From: a virus | Lineage: Duplodnaviria; Caudoviricetes | Reading direction: 5' to 3' (one strand) | Length of the DNA: 64,000 nucleotides | IMG/VR virus record: IMGVR_UViG_3300014208_000024 | Coordinates: 256,001 to 320,000 of that record | Shown here: one piece after another, positions 19,904 to 29,876 of the stretch | Layout of the letters: every line of letters begins with the position of its first letter | Position numbering within the stretch: the first letter of the stretch is position 1 | The notes under the pieces: generated by a model | What the model saw: only the letters and a program-made list of their open reading frames with translations | Told to the model about the DNA's origin: nothing | Database searches by the model: none | Translations under genes and position numbers: made by a program

Positions 19904-20347
19904 ATGAACATAAGAATTGTAAACAAATCAAAAAACGCATTACCAAATTATGAAACTTCTCTCTCTGCAGGTATGGATTTGAAAGCAAATTTCGAAAATC
20001 AAGGAGAGTTCGCAACAATCAAACCATTTCAAAGACAATTGATTAAAACGGGTTTATTCATTGAGATTCCAGAAGGTTATGAGGCTCAAATACGTCCAAG
20101 ATCTGGTTTGGCATTAAAAAGTGGAATAACAGTTCTTAATTCACCAGGGACTATTGATGCTGATTTTAGAGGTGAGATAGGAGTTATTTTAATTAATCTT
20201 TCAGATAAAGATTTTGAAATTAAACAAGGAGATAGAATAGCACAAATGGTAATTTGTAAACACGAAAAAGCAGAACTTGAAAATGTTTTGTTAATCAGTG
20301 AAACAAAGCGTGGAGCAGGTGGATTTGGGCATACTGGTAATAAATAA
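19904..20347 (+). CDS. dut: Trimeric dUTPase
   Basis: [43 protein letters not shown]. Confidence 0.97.
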   Translation: MNIRIVNKSKNALPNYETSLSAGMDLKANFENQGEFATIKPFQRQLIKTGLFIEIPEGYEAQIRPRSGLALKSGITVLNSPGTIDADFRGEIGVILINLSDKDFEIKQGDRIAQMVICKHEKAELENVLLISETKRGAGGFGHTGNK

Positions 20348-20351
20348 AAAT

Positions 20352-21551
20352 ATGAAACAATACGTTGATTTAATTACAACTATCCTTAAAGAAGGAAGAA
20401 TAAAAACTGATCGCACTGGAACTGGAACTATTTCTACATTTGGACATCAGTCTGTATTTTACATGAAAGACGGATTTCCTCTTTTGACAATGAAAAAAAC
20501 ATATCCCAGAGGAGTTTTTGAAGAGCTTCTATGGTTTCTTAAAGGAGATACAAACATTCGATATCTGAATCAAAAAAAGGTTCACATTTGGGATGAGTGG
20601 GCCTATGCCAAATATAAAAAATACGCAGAATCACTAAGTGAACCAAATTTCGAAATTCACATTGATGATCCAAAAAATAATTGTACAAGGATAATGACAC
20701 TAGAAGAATTTGTAAATGTTATCGTTGATAATGAAGATTTTGCTAAACGTTGGGGAGGGCTGGGTCCTGTTTACGGAAAACAATGGGTTGATTGGGGCGG
20801 ACACCCAGTAAAACGTGAGGAAATATGGAGCGAAGATGATCAGAAGTGGATTAGTTATGAAGTAAGAAAAAAAGGAATAAACCAAATTGAAAATATCATT
20901 GATCGTCTCAAAAGCGTTCCAGACTGCAGAAGACTTATTGTTAGCGCTTGGAATGTTGAAGATCTTGGTGAAATGGCACTTACTCCTTGTCATACAATGT
21001 TTCAGTTTATTACTGAACCTCTAAATTTTAAAGAAAGAGTGGAACTTTTAGAAGAACAAATGGGGGAAGATAAAAGATTTTTAGAGGGTTTGGATACAAA
21101 TGGAGTTAATGGGTGTTTTGCAAAATACAAAACTCCATCATTTAGACTTTCTTTACAGCTCTTTCAAAGAAGTGCAGATACTTTTCTTGGTGTTCCTTTT
21201 AATATTGCTTCTTATGCTCTCTTATTACATATGGTCTCACAAGTAGTAAATATGATTCCTTATAAATTTGTTCATTCTTTTGGAGATGCTCATCTTTATT
21301 TAAATCACAAAGAACAAATTAATGAATTCATACACAGAACACATGAAGCAAAAATAGAAAAAGTTGATTATTGGAAAGAAATCACAAATGGGATACAGCC
21401 TGGGAAAATAACAGGAACTTATTTTGGCCCAAAACTTCCAACTATAAAACTAAACTCAAAAATAAAAGATATTTTTGAATTTACAATAGACGACATCGAA
21501 CTAATAGATTACAATCCGCTTTCAGCAATAAAAGCTCCAATAGCAGTGTAA
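20352..21551 (+). CDS. thyA: Thymidylate synthase with insertions
   Basis: DRTGTGT, ELLWFLKGDTN, IWDEWA, LGPVYGKQW, MALTPCH, QRSADTFLGVPFNIASY, GDAHLYLNH. Confidence 0.97.
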   Translation: MKQYVDLITTILKEGRIKTDRTGTGTISTFGHQSVFYMKDGFPLLTMKKTYPRGVFEELLWFLKGDTNIRYLNQKKVHIWDEWAYAKYKKYAESLSEPNFEIHIDDPKNNCTRIMTLEEFVNVIVDNEDFAKRWGGLGPVYGKQWVDWGGHPVKREEIWSEDDQKWISYEVRKKGINQIENIIDRLKSVPDCRRLIVSAWNVEDLGEMALTPCHTMFQFITEPLNFKERVELLEEQMGEDKRFLEGLDTNGVNGCFAKYKTPSFRLSLQLFQRSADTFLGVPFNIASYALLLHMVSQVVNMIPYKFVHSFGDAHLYLNHKEQINEFIHRTHEAKIEKVDYWKEITNGIQPGKITGTYFGPKLPTIKLNSKIKDIFEFTIDDIELIDYNPLSAIKAPIAV

Positions 21552-21552
21552 T

Positions 21553-21939
21553 ATGAGTAAAAAAAGATACTTCAACACAAAAGAAGCTGCAGAAAGACAT
21601 TTAGAGTTTCGTAGAAAAGCAGCTTACAAAAGAATTGAGAAAAAAGGATGGAAAGTAGTAGGAGATAATTCATTCGTACATCAAAATGAATTATGTTACT
21701 GTGAAAATTTACCTCATACTCATCACAATAAAGGAAAGTGGTTTGTTTTTCTTGGAATTATAACTGATGAGTTAATAAATGATCTAAATAACTTCCGTCC
21801 AATAGATGCAATAACAGAATTAGAAATGTTAATGAAAGAGTTCGATGAAAACAAAGAAATGCTAAGAGAAATTACAAAAAGTACTATATACAATTTTGAT
21901 AAAGTAAATCTTCCAAAAGTATCAAGATATTTTTCATAA
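21553..21939 (+). CDS. Hypothetical protein
   Basis: 128 aa ORF. Confidence 0.7.
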   Translation: MSKKRYFNTKEAAERHLEFRRKAAYKRIEKKGWKVVGDNSFVHQNELCYCENLPHTHHNKGKWFVFLGIITDELINDLNNFRPIDAITELEMLMKEFDENKEMLREITKSTIYNFDKVNLPKVSRYFS

Positions 21940-21940
21940 T

Positions 21941-21969
21941 AAAAAAGCCAGAAAAATTCTGGCTTTTTT
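21941..21969. terminator. Bidirectional terminator
   Basis: AAAAAAGCCAGAA-aaa-TTCTGGCTTTTTT. Confidence 0.85.
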
Positions 21970-22357
21970 ATTGATTTAAACCTGGCGGCTTATTGTCAAC
22001 AGAATTTCTGATTGATGTTTCTGTATTTCTATTGTTGCCAGTTCTGTCTAAAATAACTTTTATATCACCCTTTATATCTCCTATTTCCTTAATAAATTCT
22101 TCATCCTTCTTTTGGAACGTTCCTAGTTTTTCATCAAGCTTTGTTTCAACAGTTTTTATAAAATCACTTTTATCTTTTTCTATTTGTTCTTTATATGTTT
22201 TTACATCATCTTTAACATCAATATAGGCAATTGTAAATGCGGTAGAAAATAAAAATATAACACCTCCAATTAACCAAAGTGCAATTTTTACAGATAAAGT
22301 AATTTTTGTGTTTTCTCCTATTACCTTTTCTCCAACTTGTACCTCCTTATCAGCCAT
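21968..22357 (-). CDS. Single-TM coiled-coil protein (holin-like topology, unproven)
   Basis: IALWLIGGVIFLFSTAFTIAY followed by coiled coil; TATTTATA at 22374. Confidence 0.6.
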   Translation of the reverse strand: MADKEVQVGEKVIGENTKITLSVKIALWLIGGVIFLFSTAFTIAYIDVKDDVKTYKEQIEKDKSDFIKTVETKLDEKLGTFQKKDEEFIKEIGDIKGDIKVILDRTGNNRNTETSIRNSVDNKPPGLNQ

Positions 22358-22412
22358 TCCAAATATGTTTTTTTATAAATATTAAAAACTTTTTTTATAA
22401 ATATGGAAAAAA

Positions 22413-22903
22413 TTAATAAACAATAGAAGATTGCCAAGTAATATTTACTATATCATCTGTAGAATTTGAATAAAAAACAGCACCTAAGTTTACGCCATCA
22501 AAGTAGTCAGTTTTTTGATTAATTAAAAAATAATCTAAATAAAGAACTGTTTTTTTTACACCAGAAGAATTTGTAATACATACGTTAATTCCAGTTAGAT
22601 ATGTTCCTGAAAGATATCCATTATAGTTGTAGCTATTGCTAAAGAAAAAAATATAATAAGCATATACTCCATTTGTCGAAAGTGTTGCTCTCATTATTTT
22701 TGTATAATGAGATGCACATCCATAACAAACATTTCCAGTCAACCCCACTCATAAACAAAACCAGTTCTATCTACTAAGGTTTGATAATAATTTATACAAT
22801 TGTTTTCTACAATTTTTTTATAACTTTTCTGTTTAAAATTTTGTGCAATACTTACAAATCCAAGTAAAACCAAAAGTATTAATATTAAAAATTTTTTTAT
22901 CAT
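22413..22903 (-). pseudogene. Secreted/membrane protein split by an apparent 1-nt frameshift
   Basis: Signal-peptide ORF MIKKFLILILL..FVYEWG* joins the ORF (G)LTGNVCYG.. if one base is added in the GGGG run near 22743-22746. Confidence 0.55.
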
Positions 22904-22907
22904 TTTT

Positions 22908-24656
22908 TTACAAATCATATATTTCATCAAACCCAAAATTCATAGCAAAATCTTTAATTAATATCCCTGCTTTTGCATTTGCCTCATCTTCTATCCATCC
23001 TCCAATGGTTTGTACTATTTCTCCATCTCCAAAACTTTTAATTTCTCTTTGTCTGTTATGCGTTAATTCGTGAGCTATACTTCTTAATATATCAACAATT
23101 GCTCTTCCAGTACATCTTATATGGTTTGAGTTTTCATCGGGAACATAAGAGGCTGTAGTGGCTATATATTCATCTCTCCCTTTGTGAAGATATATTTCAA
23201 CTGGCTCCTCTAACTCTAATCTATTACATACAAAATTAATAAAGTTCCTTATAATTTCAACTTTTTCTGGAGTCATTCCTTCAATTCCTTTTTCTACTCC
23301 CAGTGTGTTTTCTTTTTTTCCAATGCTAAAGTTATATTTTTCTTTTGGGGGATATGAATAAGAAAAATTATCGCTTAAGAATTTAATCGACTTTTTCAAC
23401 TTCTTTGAATATTTTTCTCCCGTTCCTGGTTTTAAATATGCTATAGTCATATGAGGGTGATAATCTGGATGATCGTTTTTATATTCAAAATTATCTCTCA
23501 AACTTTTGTTTAAATCATGTAAATCATCAGAATCAATATCAAACTTTAAAACATCGAAATCTTTGTTTTTAAACAAAGAAATTTCACTTAATTCAATTTC
23601 AATTTTTTTCTTTCCACTTAATGTTTTTCTTACAATTTTTTCAACATCACTGGGTTTAGTTTTTTCATGTATAAAACCAAATAGTGCAGTTGTATGAGGT
23701 TTGTCTTCTATTCCATAACCTGGAACATCATAAATGTCTTCTTTTTTTATTAAGTCGGTTATTTGTTTCCAATTCTTTATTGGGAAATCTAACATTAAAC
23801 ACCCATATTCTTTTTTAAATCCCCCTTTACCTTCTTTGAGTATAGATTTTTTTGGTTTATGTGATTCAAATAAATCTTTTTCCATTAAAGACAAAGAGGT
23901 GTCAAAAGATTTTGTTTTTATATCTGAAAGTTTATCTAAATAACCAGACTTTCTGATTATTTTAAAAACAAGATTTTCTATTGAATATTCTCCACCTTTT
24001 TCAAGGCCAGAATTTCTTAGTTTTTTTATTTTATCTTTTATTTTATCAGCCTTTTCAATAATCTTTTCATCGTTTTCTAAGTTTTGAAGACTGTCTATAT
24101 CATTCATAATAGTAGCAGCTTTTTCTTTTATAGAAACTCCATCTACTTCTTTTGTATATTTCTCTGGCTTTTGAATCCATGAGTCTTTAAGAACACTATA
24201 AACGCCCTTATTTGAAAACAAATTTTCTTCATCTTTAGCAAACAATTCAACTTCAAATCCTTTTATTTTTATATCATGTTCATCATTCCATAAAGATTTC
24301 TTTGCAGCTATATATTCTTGTAGAAACTCTTCTGGTTCCTCTAAAGAAGGTAAGTCTAAAATTAAATGAATGTCTATATCACTCATTAATGTCCAATTAT
24401 AATTAGCTAAACTTCCAGTGAAAATTACATCTTTTAAACGAACTCCTAATTTTAAATATTCCTTAAATGCTTTTGCTATTTTTAACATAGCAACCCTTAC
24501 TTCTTTTTTTAATTTATAATTTTCCCAAATTTGACTATTTAACTCATCTTTAGGCTCACTCACTTGAACATCTATATCGTTTGGAGAAATATCTTCGTTA
24601 AAAAAATTAAAACTTCTTTTTATAATATAAGGATTCCCTTTATTTGTTTCCATCAA
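22908..24656 (-). CDS. Fusion: Pol-beta-like nucleotidyltransferase + 2H phosphoesterase (Acb1/LigT-like) + HExxH metallopeptidase-like domain
   Basis: TGSLANYNWTLMSDIDIH..EVE; PHTTALFG and YHPHMTIAY (two HxT motifs); SIAHELTHNRQ. Confidence 0.8.
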   Translation of the reverse strand: MMETNKGNPYIIKRSFNFFNEDISPNDIDVQVSEPKDELNSQIWENYKLKKEVRVAMLKIAKAFKEYLKLGVRLKDVIFTGSLANYNWTLMSDIDIHLILDLPSLEEPEEFLQEYIAAKKSLWNDEHDIKIKGFEVELFAKDEENLFSNKGVYSVLKDSWIQKPEKYTKEVDGVSIKEKAATIMNDIDSLQNLENDEKIIEKADKIKDKIKKLRNSGLEKGGEYSIENLVFKIIRKSGYLDKLSDIKTKSFDTSLSLMEKDLFESHKPKKSILKEGKGGFKKEYGCLMLDFPIKNWKQITDLIKKEDIYDVPGYGIEDKPHTTALFGFIHEKTKPSDVEKIVRKTLSGKKKIEIELSEISLFKNKDFDVLKFDIDSDDLHDLNKSLRDNFEYKNDHPDYHPHMTIAYLKPGTGEKYSKKLKKSIKFLSDNFSYSYPPKEKYNFSIGKKENTLGVEKGIEGMTPEKVEIIRNFINFVCNRLELEEPVEIYLHKGRDEYIATTASYVPDENSNHIRCTGRAIVDILRSIAHELTHNRQREIKSFGDGEIVQTIGGWIEDEANAKAGILIKDFAMNFGFDEIYDL

Positions 24657-24722
24657 ATAACTATTTTTTTATAAATAGTTTTATTTTATGATTTTTTAAT
24701 TATTTATTGGAAATTTAACAAT

Positions 24723-25308
24723 ATGAATGAAAATTTAAAGGATTTATTAAGTTTTGGAAATAGTAAGGTTGGAAATGATACTGCTATTTTTAATATGAAC
24801 GCAGCATTTGATTGTCCATCAGAAAAAATCGGACTTTGTAAACATGCAAAAAACTGTTATGCGAAAAAAGCGGAAAGAATTTATCCACAATCTTTGCCAT
24901 ACAGAAGGAGACAAGAGAATTATTGGGATTTAACAGATGTGAAAACTTTTGTTGAAGAGTTTAAAGAAGCAATAAAAAAACAAAAAGAAAAACCCAATAA
25001 AATATTTACGTATTAGTGAAAGTGGAGATTTTAAATCTCAATCTGATGTAGATAAGTTAAGTTTAATTTCAGAACAACTTAAAGGATTCGTTGTAGTTTA
25101 TGTATATACAGCAAGAAAAGATTTAGATTTTAATAAAATATCAGACAACTTAGTTGTAAATGGATCTGGTTTTATGGTTTCTAACAACTTTTATATTATA
25201 GATAAAGTTGGTGATGAAATAGATAAATTTGTTTGCCCTGGTGCATGTATTAGTTGTAATCTTTGTAAGAGAGCAAAAGGAAGAAATATAGCAGTGTTAA
25301 AACATTAA
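24723..25308 (+). pseudogene. GP88-like protein interrupted by a 1-nt frameshift
   Basis: ORF 24723-25016 (GNSKVG..DCPS..CKHAKNCYAKKAE) continues in the +1 frame as PIKYLRISESGDF..YVYTARKD..CPGACISCNLC..LKH* to 25308. Confidence 0.75.
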
Positions 25309-25388
25309 TAAAAGTTTTGGCGAAATATAAAACTCTATATCCAGCCAAAAGGTGGATAAAAATTTAAGTTTTGGCTGAATATAGAAAC

Positions 25389-25415
25389 AAAAAAGCCCCA
25401 GAATTTGGGGCTTTT
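25389..25415. terminator. Bidirectional terminator
   Basis: AAAAGCCCCA-gaatt-TGGGGCTTTT. Confidence 0.85.
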
Positions 25416-25426
25416 CTTATTGTAAT

Positions 25427-25864
25427 CTATCTTGACTCATCCTTTGGAATCTCATAATTGTATAAGTTTTTCCACCTATTAGATTGATCTTCATCTACTA
25501 TTTTTTTATCTTCAGCTATAATATCAAATAGTTCTGGGCTAATTAATGGATTTCTTAAATCAATTTTTTTGTTAATTTTTTTCATTTCCTCAGCTAAAAT
25601 TTTAATTTTATCAGGAGATAAAATTCCTTCTTTTATTACTGCATCTTCATCAATAGAAACAGATTTTGGAATTTTAGGTTCTTTAGGCTCTTTTGGTTCT
25701 TTTGGTAATTTGTTTACGTTTTTTTTCGTAAAGCTAGGCTTTGTTAATTTTGGTGGCTCAGGTTGTTTAAGGATTTTTTTTTCTTCCTCTTGTACCTCTA
25801 CACCTTCAAAAATATATTTTTGAGCTTTCTTTATTACAAATTCTCTAAATTCTTGTTGGTCCAT
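25427..25864 (-). CDS. Hypothetical late protein with PKE repeats
   Basis: TATTTATA at 25887; PKEPKEPKEPK. Confidence 0.7.
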   Translation of the reverse strand: MDQQEFREFVIKKAQKYIFEGVEVQEEEKKILKQPEPPKLTKPSFTKKNVNKLPKEPKEPKEPKIPKSVSIDEDAVIKEGILSPDKIKILAEEMKKINKKIDLRNPLISPELFDIIAEDKKIVDEDQSNRWKNLYNYEIPKDESR

Positions 25865-25964
25865 AACCTATTTTATTTGGTTTTCATATAAATATAATAA
25901 AAAAATCAAATATCTATTTTTGTTTTTAAAAAATATTGTATATATTTGTAAAAAAACTAAAAAA

Positions 25965-26480
25965 ATGAATAAACGTGAACAAATTTTAGAATTTATTGAG
26001 GATATTGAATTGCTTGATGAATTCGCAGATGATGCAATAATTGGATATGTAGAAAGAGCATGTGGATCTAATTATGTTTTATACGAAAAAGAAAAACTAT
26101 TTAGTTTATTTAAAAACGAACCTCTTTGTTTAAAAGAAGGTCAACTTATATTTACAAAAGCTAATTTAACAGAAATTGAAGGTATTGAAAAAGGTAATTT
26201 ATTAATTGCAGATGGTTTTAATGATGCAATAATTGGATATGCAAATACCTCAGACTTTAATTGTTTTGTTATTTATGATACCGAAAAATGTATTAATCTT
26301 CTTGCTGAAGATTATAAAAAAGAAATGAAAGAACAAGAGCCAGAAAAAACAGAAGAGGAAATAAATTCAGAAACATACGAAATGGCTGTAGAATATTTTT
26401 ATTTTAACACAGCAGGAGCCTACATGGGAGAAAAAACACCAGGGTTTGCAACTATGATTTTATCAGAGGATTCTGATTAA
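25965..26480 (+). CDS. Hypothetical protein with internally duplicated D(G)FxDAIIG module
   Basis: LLDEFADDAIIGY and LIADGFNDAIIGY. Confidence 0.7.
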   Translation: MNKREQILEFIEDIELLDEFADDAIIGYVERACGSNYVLYEKEKLFSLFKNEPLCLKEGQLIFTKANLTEIEGIEKGNLLIADGFNDAIIGYANTSDFNCFVIYDTEKCINLLAEDYKKEMKEQEPEKTEEEINSETYEMAVEYFYFNTAGAYMGEKTPGFATMILSEDSD

Positions 26481-26856
26481 CTCTTTTGTTTTCTTCAAAT
26501 ATAAGAGAAATAATCTGTTTTAAAAATCCTTGTTTTTTTACTAACTTTTTATATTCTACCGCAAGTGAATTTGCTATCGTCAAAGCATTTGGACTATATA
26601 TGGTTTTTTGCTCAGACTCTTTTCCATTAACTACACTAACAAAATAAGCAGCATCCACTCCCATAGGCCACCTAATCCAGAAATGAATTCCTATTGGAAG
26701 TGTAAAGTGAAAATATGTTACCCCTTCCTTTTTGTCACGTTCAATTGTAAAATCTTTTAATGACATTCCAGCTTTTTTAAAAACGCTTTTGTAAACAGCT
26801 TTAATTCTTTCGTCTGGAATGTTTTCGTTTAACAAATTTTCTTCTTCTTTTTTCAT
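26452..26856 (-). CDS. Hypothetical protein
   Basis: 134 aa ORF. Confidence 0.65.
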   Translation of the reverse strand: MKKEEENLLNENIPDERIKAVYKSVFKKAGMSLKDFTIERDKKEGVTYFHFTLPIGIHFWIRWPMGVDAAYFVSVVNGKESEQKTIYSPNALTIANSLAVEYKKLVKKQGFLKQIISLIFEENKRVNQNPLIKS

Positions 26857-26859
26857 AAT

Positions 26860-28254
26860 TTAAGATTTGCTAATAAATATTATTTTCTTTATTTCTTCTG
26901 AATTTCCAGAATCTAAAATTCTTTTAACCATATCTGGATTTTTGTAAAATTCCTTTTCTAATCTTGCAATAGCCATCCCCAATTCTCTTTCTTGGTATCC
27001 AAGTGATTTAAGCAACTCGGAAGGTTGTATAAATTCATTTGCAAGTCTTAAAAAATTGCTTATTTTAATTCTGTCTATGTGACTTATGTTTGCAAAACTA
27101 TATATCATATCTTCTGTCATTGAATAAATTTTTTCGTTTATTTTAGGTTTTGCACTTTTTGCCTTTTGAAGATATAGTTTTTTTATAGAAGAAACAGTGT
27201 TTTCGTTTAAACTTAACAAAGAAACAAGAAAAATAATACAACTTATTTCATCAGTACTATATTTTCTAAAATTTAATTCTTTTTCTATGTTTTTTACATT
27301 ATTGTCTTTTAATAAGTTAGAAACTAAGATTATTGGATTTTTCTCTTCAATAAAATAATTAGCACTAAAAGTTAAATTACCAAATATATATTTAAAAAAA
27401 TCAAAATCTTTTAACAATTCAAGAAAGTGTTTTACGCTTTTTGAACTTTTAATTCCTTTATAAAACTCATCCCTTATTCTTTCCAAAGAAACCATTTTTC
27501 CAGTAGGGTCGGTCAAAGAAGTTCCCCCTTCCCTAATAGCTTCAGCAACATTGTCGGGAATTTTAGATCCCATTTTTGCAGCAAATCTTATAGCTCTAAT
27601 TTTTCTCAATGGATCTTCATCAAATCTATCGGTTGGATTTCCGACGGTGTTAATAACATTGTTTTTAACATCATTTACTCCACCAACAAAATCTAATACA
27701 TCTCCTTCAAAACCATTTTCTGCAATTCCAGTTATTTCATAAAACAATGCGTTGATCGTTAAATCTCTTCTTTTTGAATCTTCCTCTGGATTATCTACGT
27801 ACTCAACACTATCTGGTTTTCTTCCTCCTCCAACATCTTTTCTAAATGTTGCCAATTCATATCTGTTTCCAGATTTTGTTACTATAAATTGAATTGCAAA
27901 TGATTCTCCAATGTGCAAAATATTGGAAACGAAAGGTGCCTTTTCGAATAATGTTCTTATTTGATCTGGAAAAGCATTGGTGGCCAAATCAAAATCTTTT
28001 GGCACATCAATAGTTGTATCCATTGGGTTCTTTTGTAATTTTATTTCGTTTTTTACAGCGTCTCTTACGGCACCACCAACAATATACATTTTAAAATTAT
28101 TCGCAAGTAATATTTCTCTTATTTTTAAAATATCTTCTTTGTCACTTGACGCCACTGGCATATTAAGAGGAAACCTTTTTTCTCCATTATCTTCCTTTAA
28201 AAAATTCTCAAGTAATATCTTTCTTATTTTTTTTCTGGCAATTTTTTCTTCCAT
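26860..28254 (-). CDS. cca: CCA-adding enzyme / tRNA nucleotidyltransferase (class II)
   Basis: YIVGGAVRD..KDFDLAT, EDSKRRDLTINA, RFDEDPLRKIRAIRFAAK. Confidence 0.9.
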   Translation of the reverse strand: MEEKIARKKIRKILLENFLKEDNGEKRFPLNMPVASSDKEDILKIREILLANNFKMYIVGGAVRDAVKNEIKLQKNPMDTTIDVPKDFDLATNAFPDQIRTLFEKAPFVSNILHIGESFAIQFIVTKSGNRYELATFRKDVGGGRKPDSVEYVDNPEEDSKRRDLTINALFYEITGIAENGFEGDVLDFVGGVNDVKNNVINTVGNPTDRFDEDPLRKIRAIRFAAKMGSKIPDNVAEAIREGGTSLTDPTGKMVSLERIRDEFYKGIKSSKSVKHFLELLKDFDFFKYIFGNLTFSANYFIEEKNPIILVSNLLKDNNVKNIEKELNFRKYSTDEISCIIFLVSLLSLNENTVSSIKKLYLQKAKSAKPKINEKIYSMTEDMIYSFANISHIDRIKISNFLRLANEFIQPSELLKSLGYQERELGMAIARLEKEFYKNPDMVKRILDSGNSEEIKKIIFISKS

Positions 28255-28351
28255 AAACAACATTTTTTATAAATATGAAAACTTTTTAGTAATTTTTACG
28301 TTATTATTCAAATAAAGTTATTATATTTGTATAAATAATTTTAAAAATTAA

Positions 28352-28639
28352 ATGGAAACAATACAAAAGGAAACAATACAAAAGGTAAATCTTCAACCCG
28401 TTGCATCAGTTAGAAAATGGGACACAAAAAGAATTAAAGCCTATATGGTAAGAATTCAAAAACATATTTCTTTTTTAGAATCTGGGAAACCATATGATAA
28501 TGAAGATCATTATGGTGAAAATCGTCAACCTTTATCTCAGGAAAAAATAGAAAATCAAGAAGGAATTGTCCTGCAAAAATTCAAAAATTATAAAGAAGAA
28601 TTAAAAAAAATTCTTGAAGGGAGAGAACATATTGAATAA
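28352..28639 (+). CDS. Hypothetical protein
   Basis: 95 aa ORF with upstream TATATTTG. Confidence 0.7.
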   Translation: METIQKETIQKVNLQPVASVRKWDTKRIKAYMVRIQKHISFLESGKPYDNEDHYGENRQPLSQEKIENQEGIVLQKFKNYKEELKKILEGREHIE

Positions 28640-28676
28640 TTTTTCGTATAAGATAGTAAAATATAAAAATTTTATC

Positions 28677-29876
28677 ATGAAAACAAAATCACCAGAACCG
28701 ATTAACAAAGATTCAATTCTTTGGGCAGATTTATATAAATTTACCATGACTTGGGCAATTATTAAAAACTTCCCATCTGCAAAAGTTAGATATGAATTTA
28801 TAGACAGAAACAATACAGTGTACCCAGATGGTTTTGCAGTGGAATTGCGTAAAATAGTTAATGAATATCGCAATAAAAGATTATCCATACAAAGAAAAAA
28901 AGAATTTTCAGAAAAATGCACATTTTTGCCAGCTGTATTTTTCGACTTTTTAGAAGGATATAGATATGACCCCAGCGAAGTCGGAATAATTCAAACAGGA
29001 GGTAAACTATCTATTCAAATTGCAGGATATTGGTATCGAACATGTCTTTGGGAAACAACGTTAATGGAAGACATTTGTGAATTGTATTATAATATGACGG
29101 GACAAAGTGATGATAATGTAGATATTAAAAATTCTCTTGAAAAAACTGAAGCAAAAGCTAACTTATTTTATATGAATAACGCACAAATCGTGGATTTTGG
29201 AACAAGAAGAGCAAAATCAAAAAACGTTCATATGCAAATAGTTGATGTGTTGTCAAATTCCCTTTTGTATACAAACTTTATCGGGTCAAGCAATGTAGAA
29301 CTTGCATTATACAACAATATAAAACCTATTGGAACTTATGCTCATGAATGGGTTTCTGGTATAGCTTCGATGTTCGGATATGCTCATGCCAATAGAATTG
29401 CTATGGAATATTGGGTTCAAACATATAATGGAAATTTAGGCATTGCACTGACTGATACATTTACAACAGATTCTTTTTTAGAAGATTTTGATTCTAAGTA
29501 TGCTAATCTTTTTACTGGAGTTAGGCATGATAGTTATGACCCTTTTGTTTTTACTGATAAAATGATTGATCATTACAAAAAACTTGGAATAGCACCAGAA
29601 ACAAAAACAATTGTATATTCAGATGGATTGAACCCCGAAATGGTAATAAAAATTCAGAATTATAGAAAAGGTGAAATTAAAAAATCATATGGAATTGGAA
29701 CTAATTTAACAAATGATATTAAAGATGTTAAACCAATGAATATAGTTATTAAACTTTTGGAAATAAATGGCATGCCAGTCATTAAATTATCAGATTCTTT
29801 GACAAAACACATTGGAGATGAAGAAACAATTAAATTTGTTAAATGGCAAATTGAACAACGTTTAAAAAATAAATAA
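28677..29876 (+). CDS. pncB: Nicotinate phosphoribosyltransferase
   Basis: DLYKFTM, DFGTRR, GTYAHEW, ALTDTF, GVRHDS, IVYSDGL, YGIGTNLTND, IKLSD. Confidence 0.93.
   Translation: MKTKSPEPINKDSILWADLYKFTMTWAIIKNFPSAKVRYEFIDRNNTVYPDGFAVELRKIVNEYRNKRLSIQRKKEFSEKCTFLPAVFFDFLEGYRYDPSEVGIIQTGGKLSIQIAGYWYRTCLWETTLMEDICELYYNMTGQSDDNVDIKNSLEKTEAKANLFYMNNAQIVDFGTRRAKSKNVHMQIVDVLSNSLLYTNFIGSSNVELALYNNIKPIGTYAHEWVSGIASMFGYAHANRIAMEYWVQTYNGNLGIALTDTFTTDSFLEDFDSKYANLFTGVRHDSYDPFVFTDKMIDHYKKLGIAPETKTIVYSDGLNPEMVIKIQNYRKGEIKKSYGIGTNLTNDIKDVKPMNIVIKLLEINGMPVIKLSDSLTKHIGDEETIKFVKWQIEQRLKNK

Noticed and set aside
20352-21551. Group I intron or intein in thyA
   Set aside because: One continuous ORF with all motifs; the insertions lack intein C/S..HN ends.
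24970-25000. Programmed -1 frameshift at A AAA AAC in the GP88-like gene
   Set aside because: The -1 frame hits TAA within a few codons; the conserved continuation is in the +1 frame.
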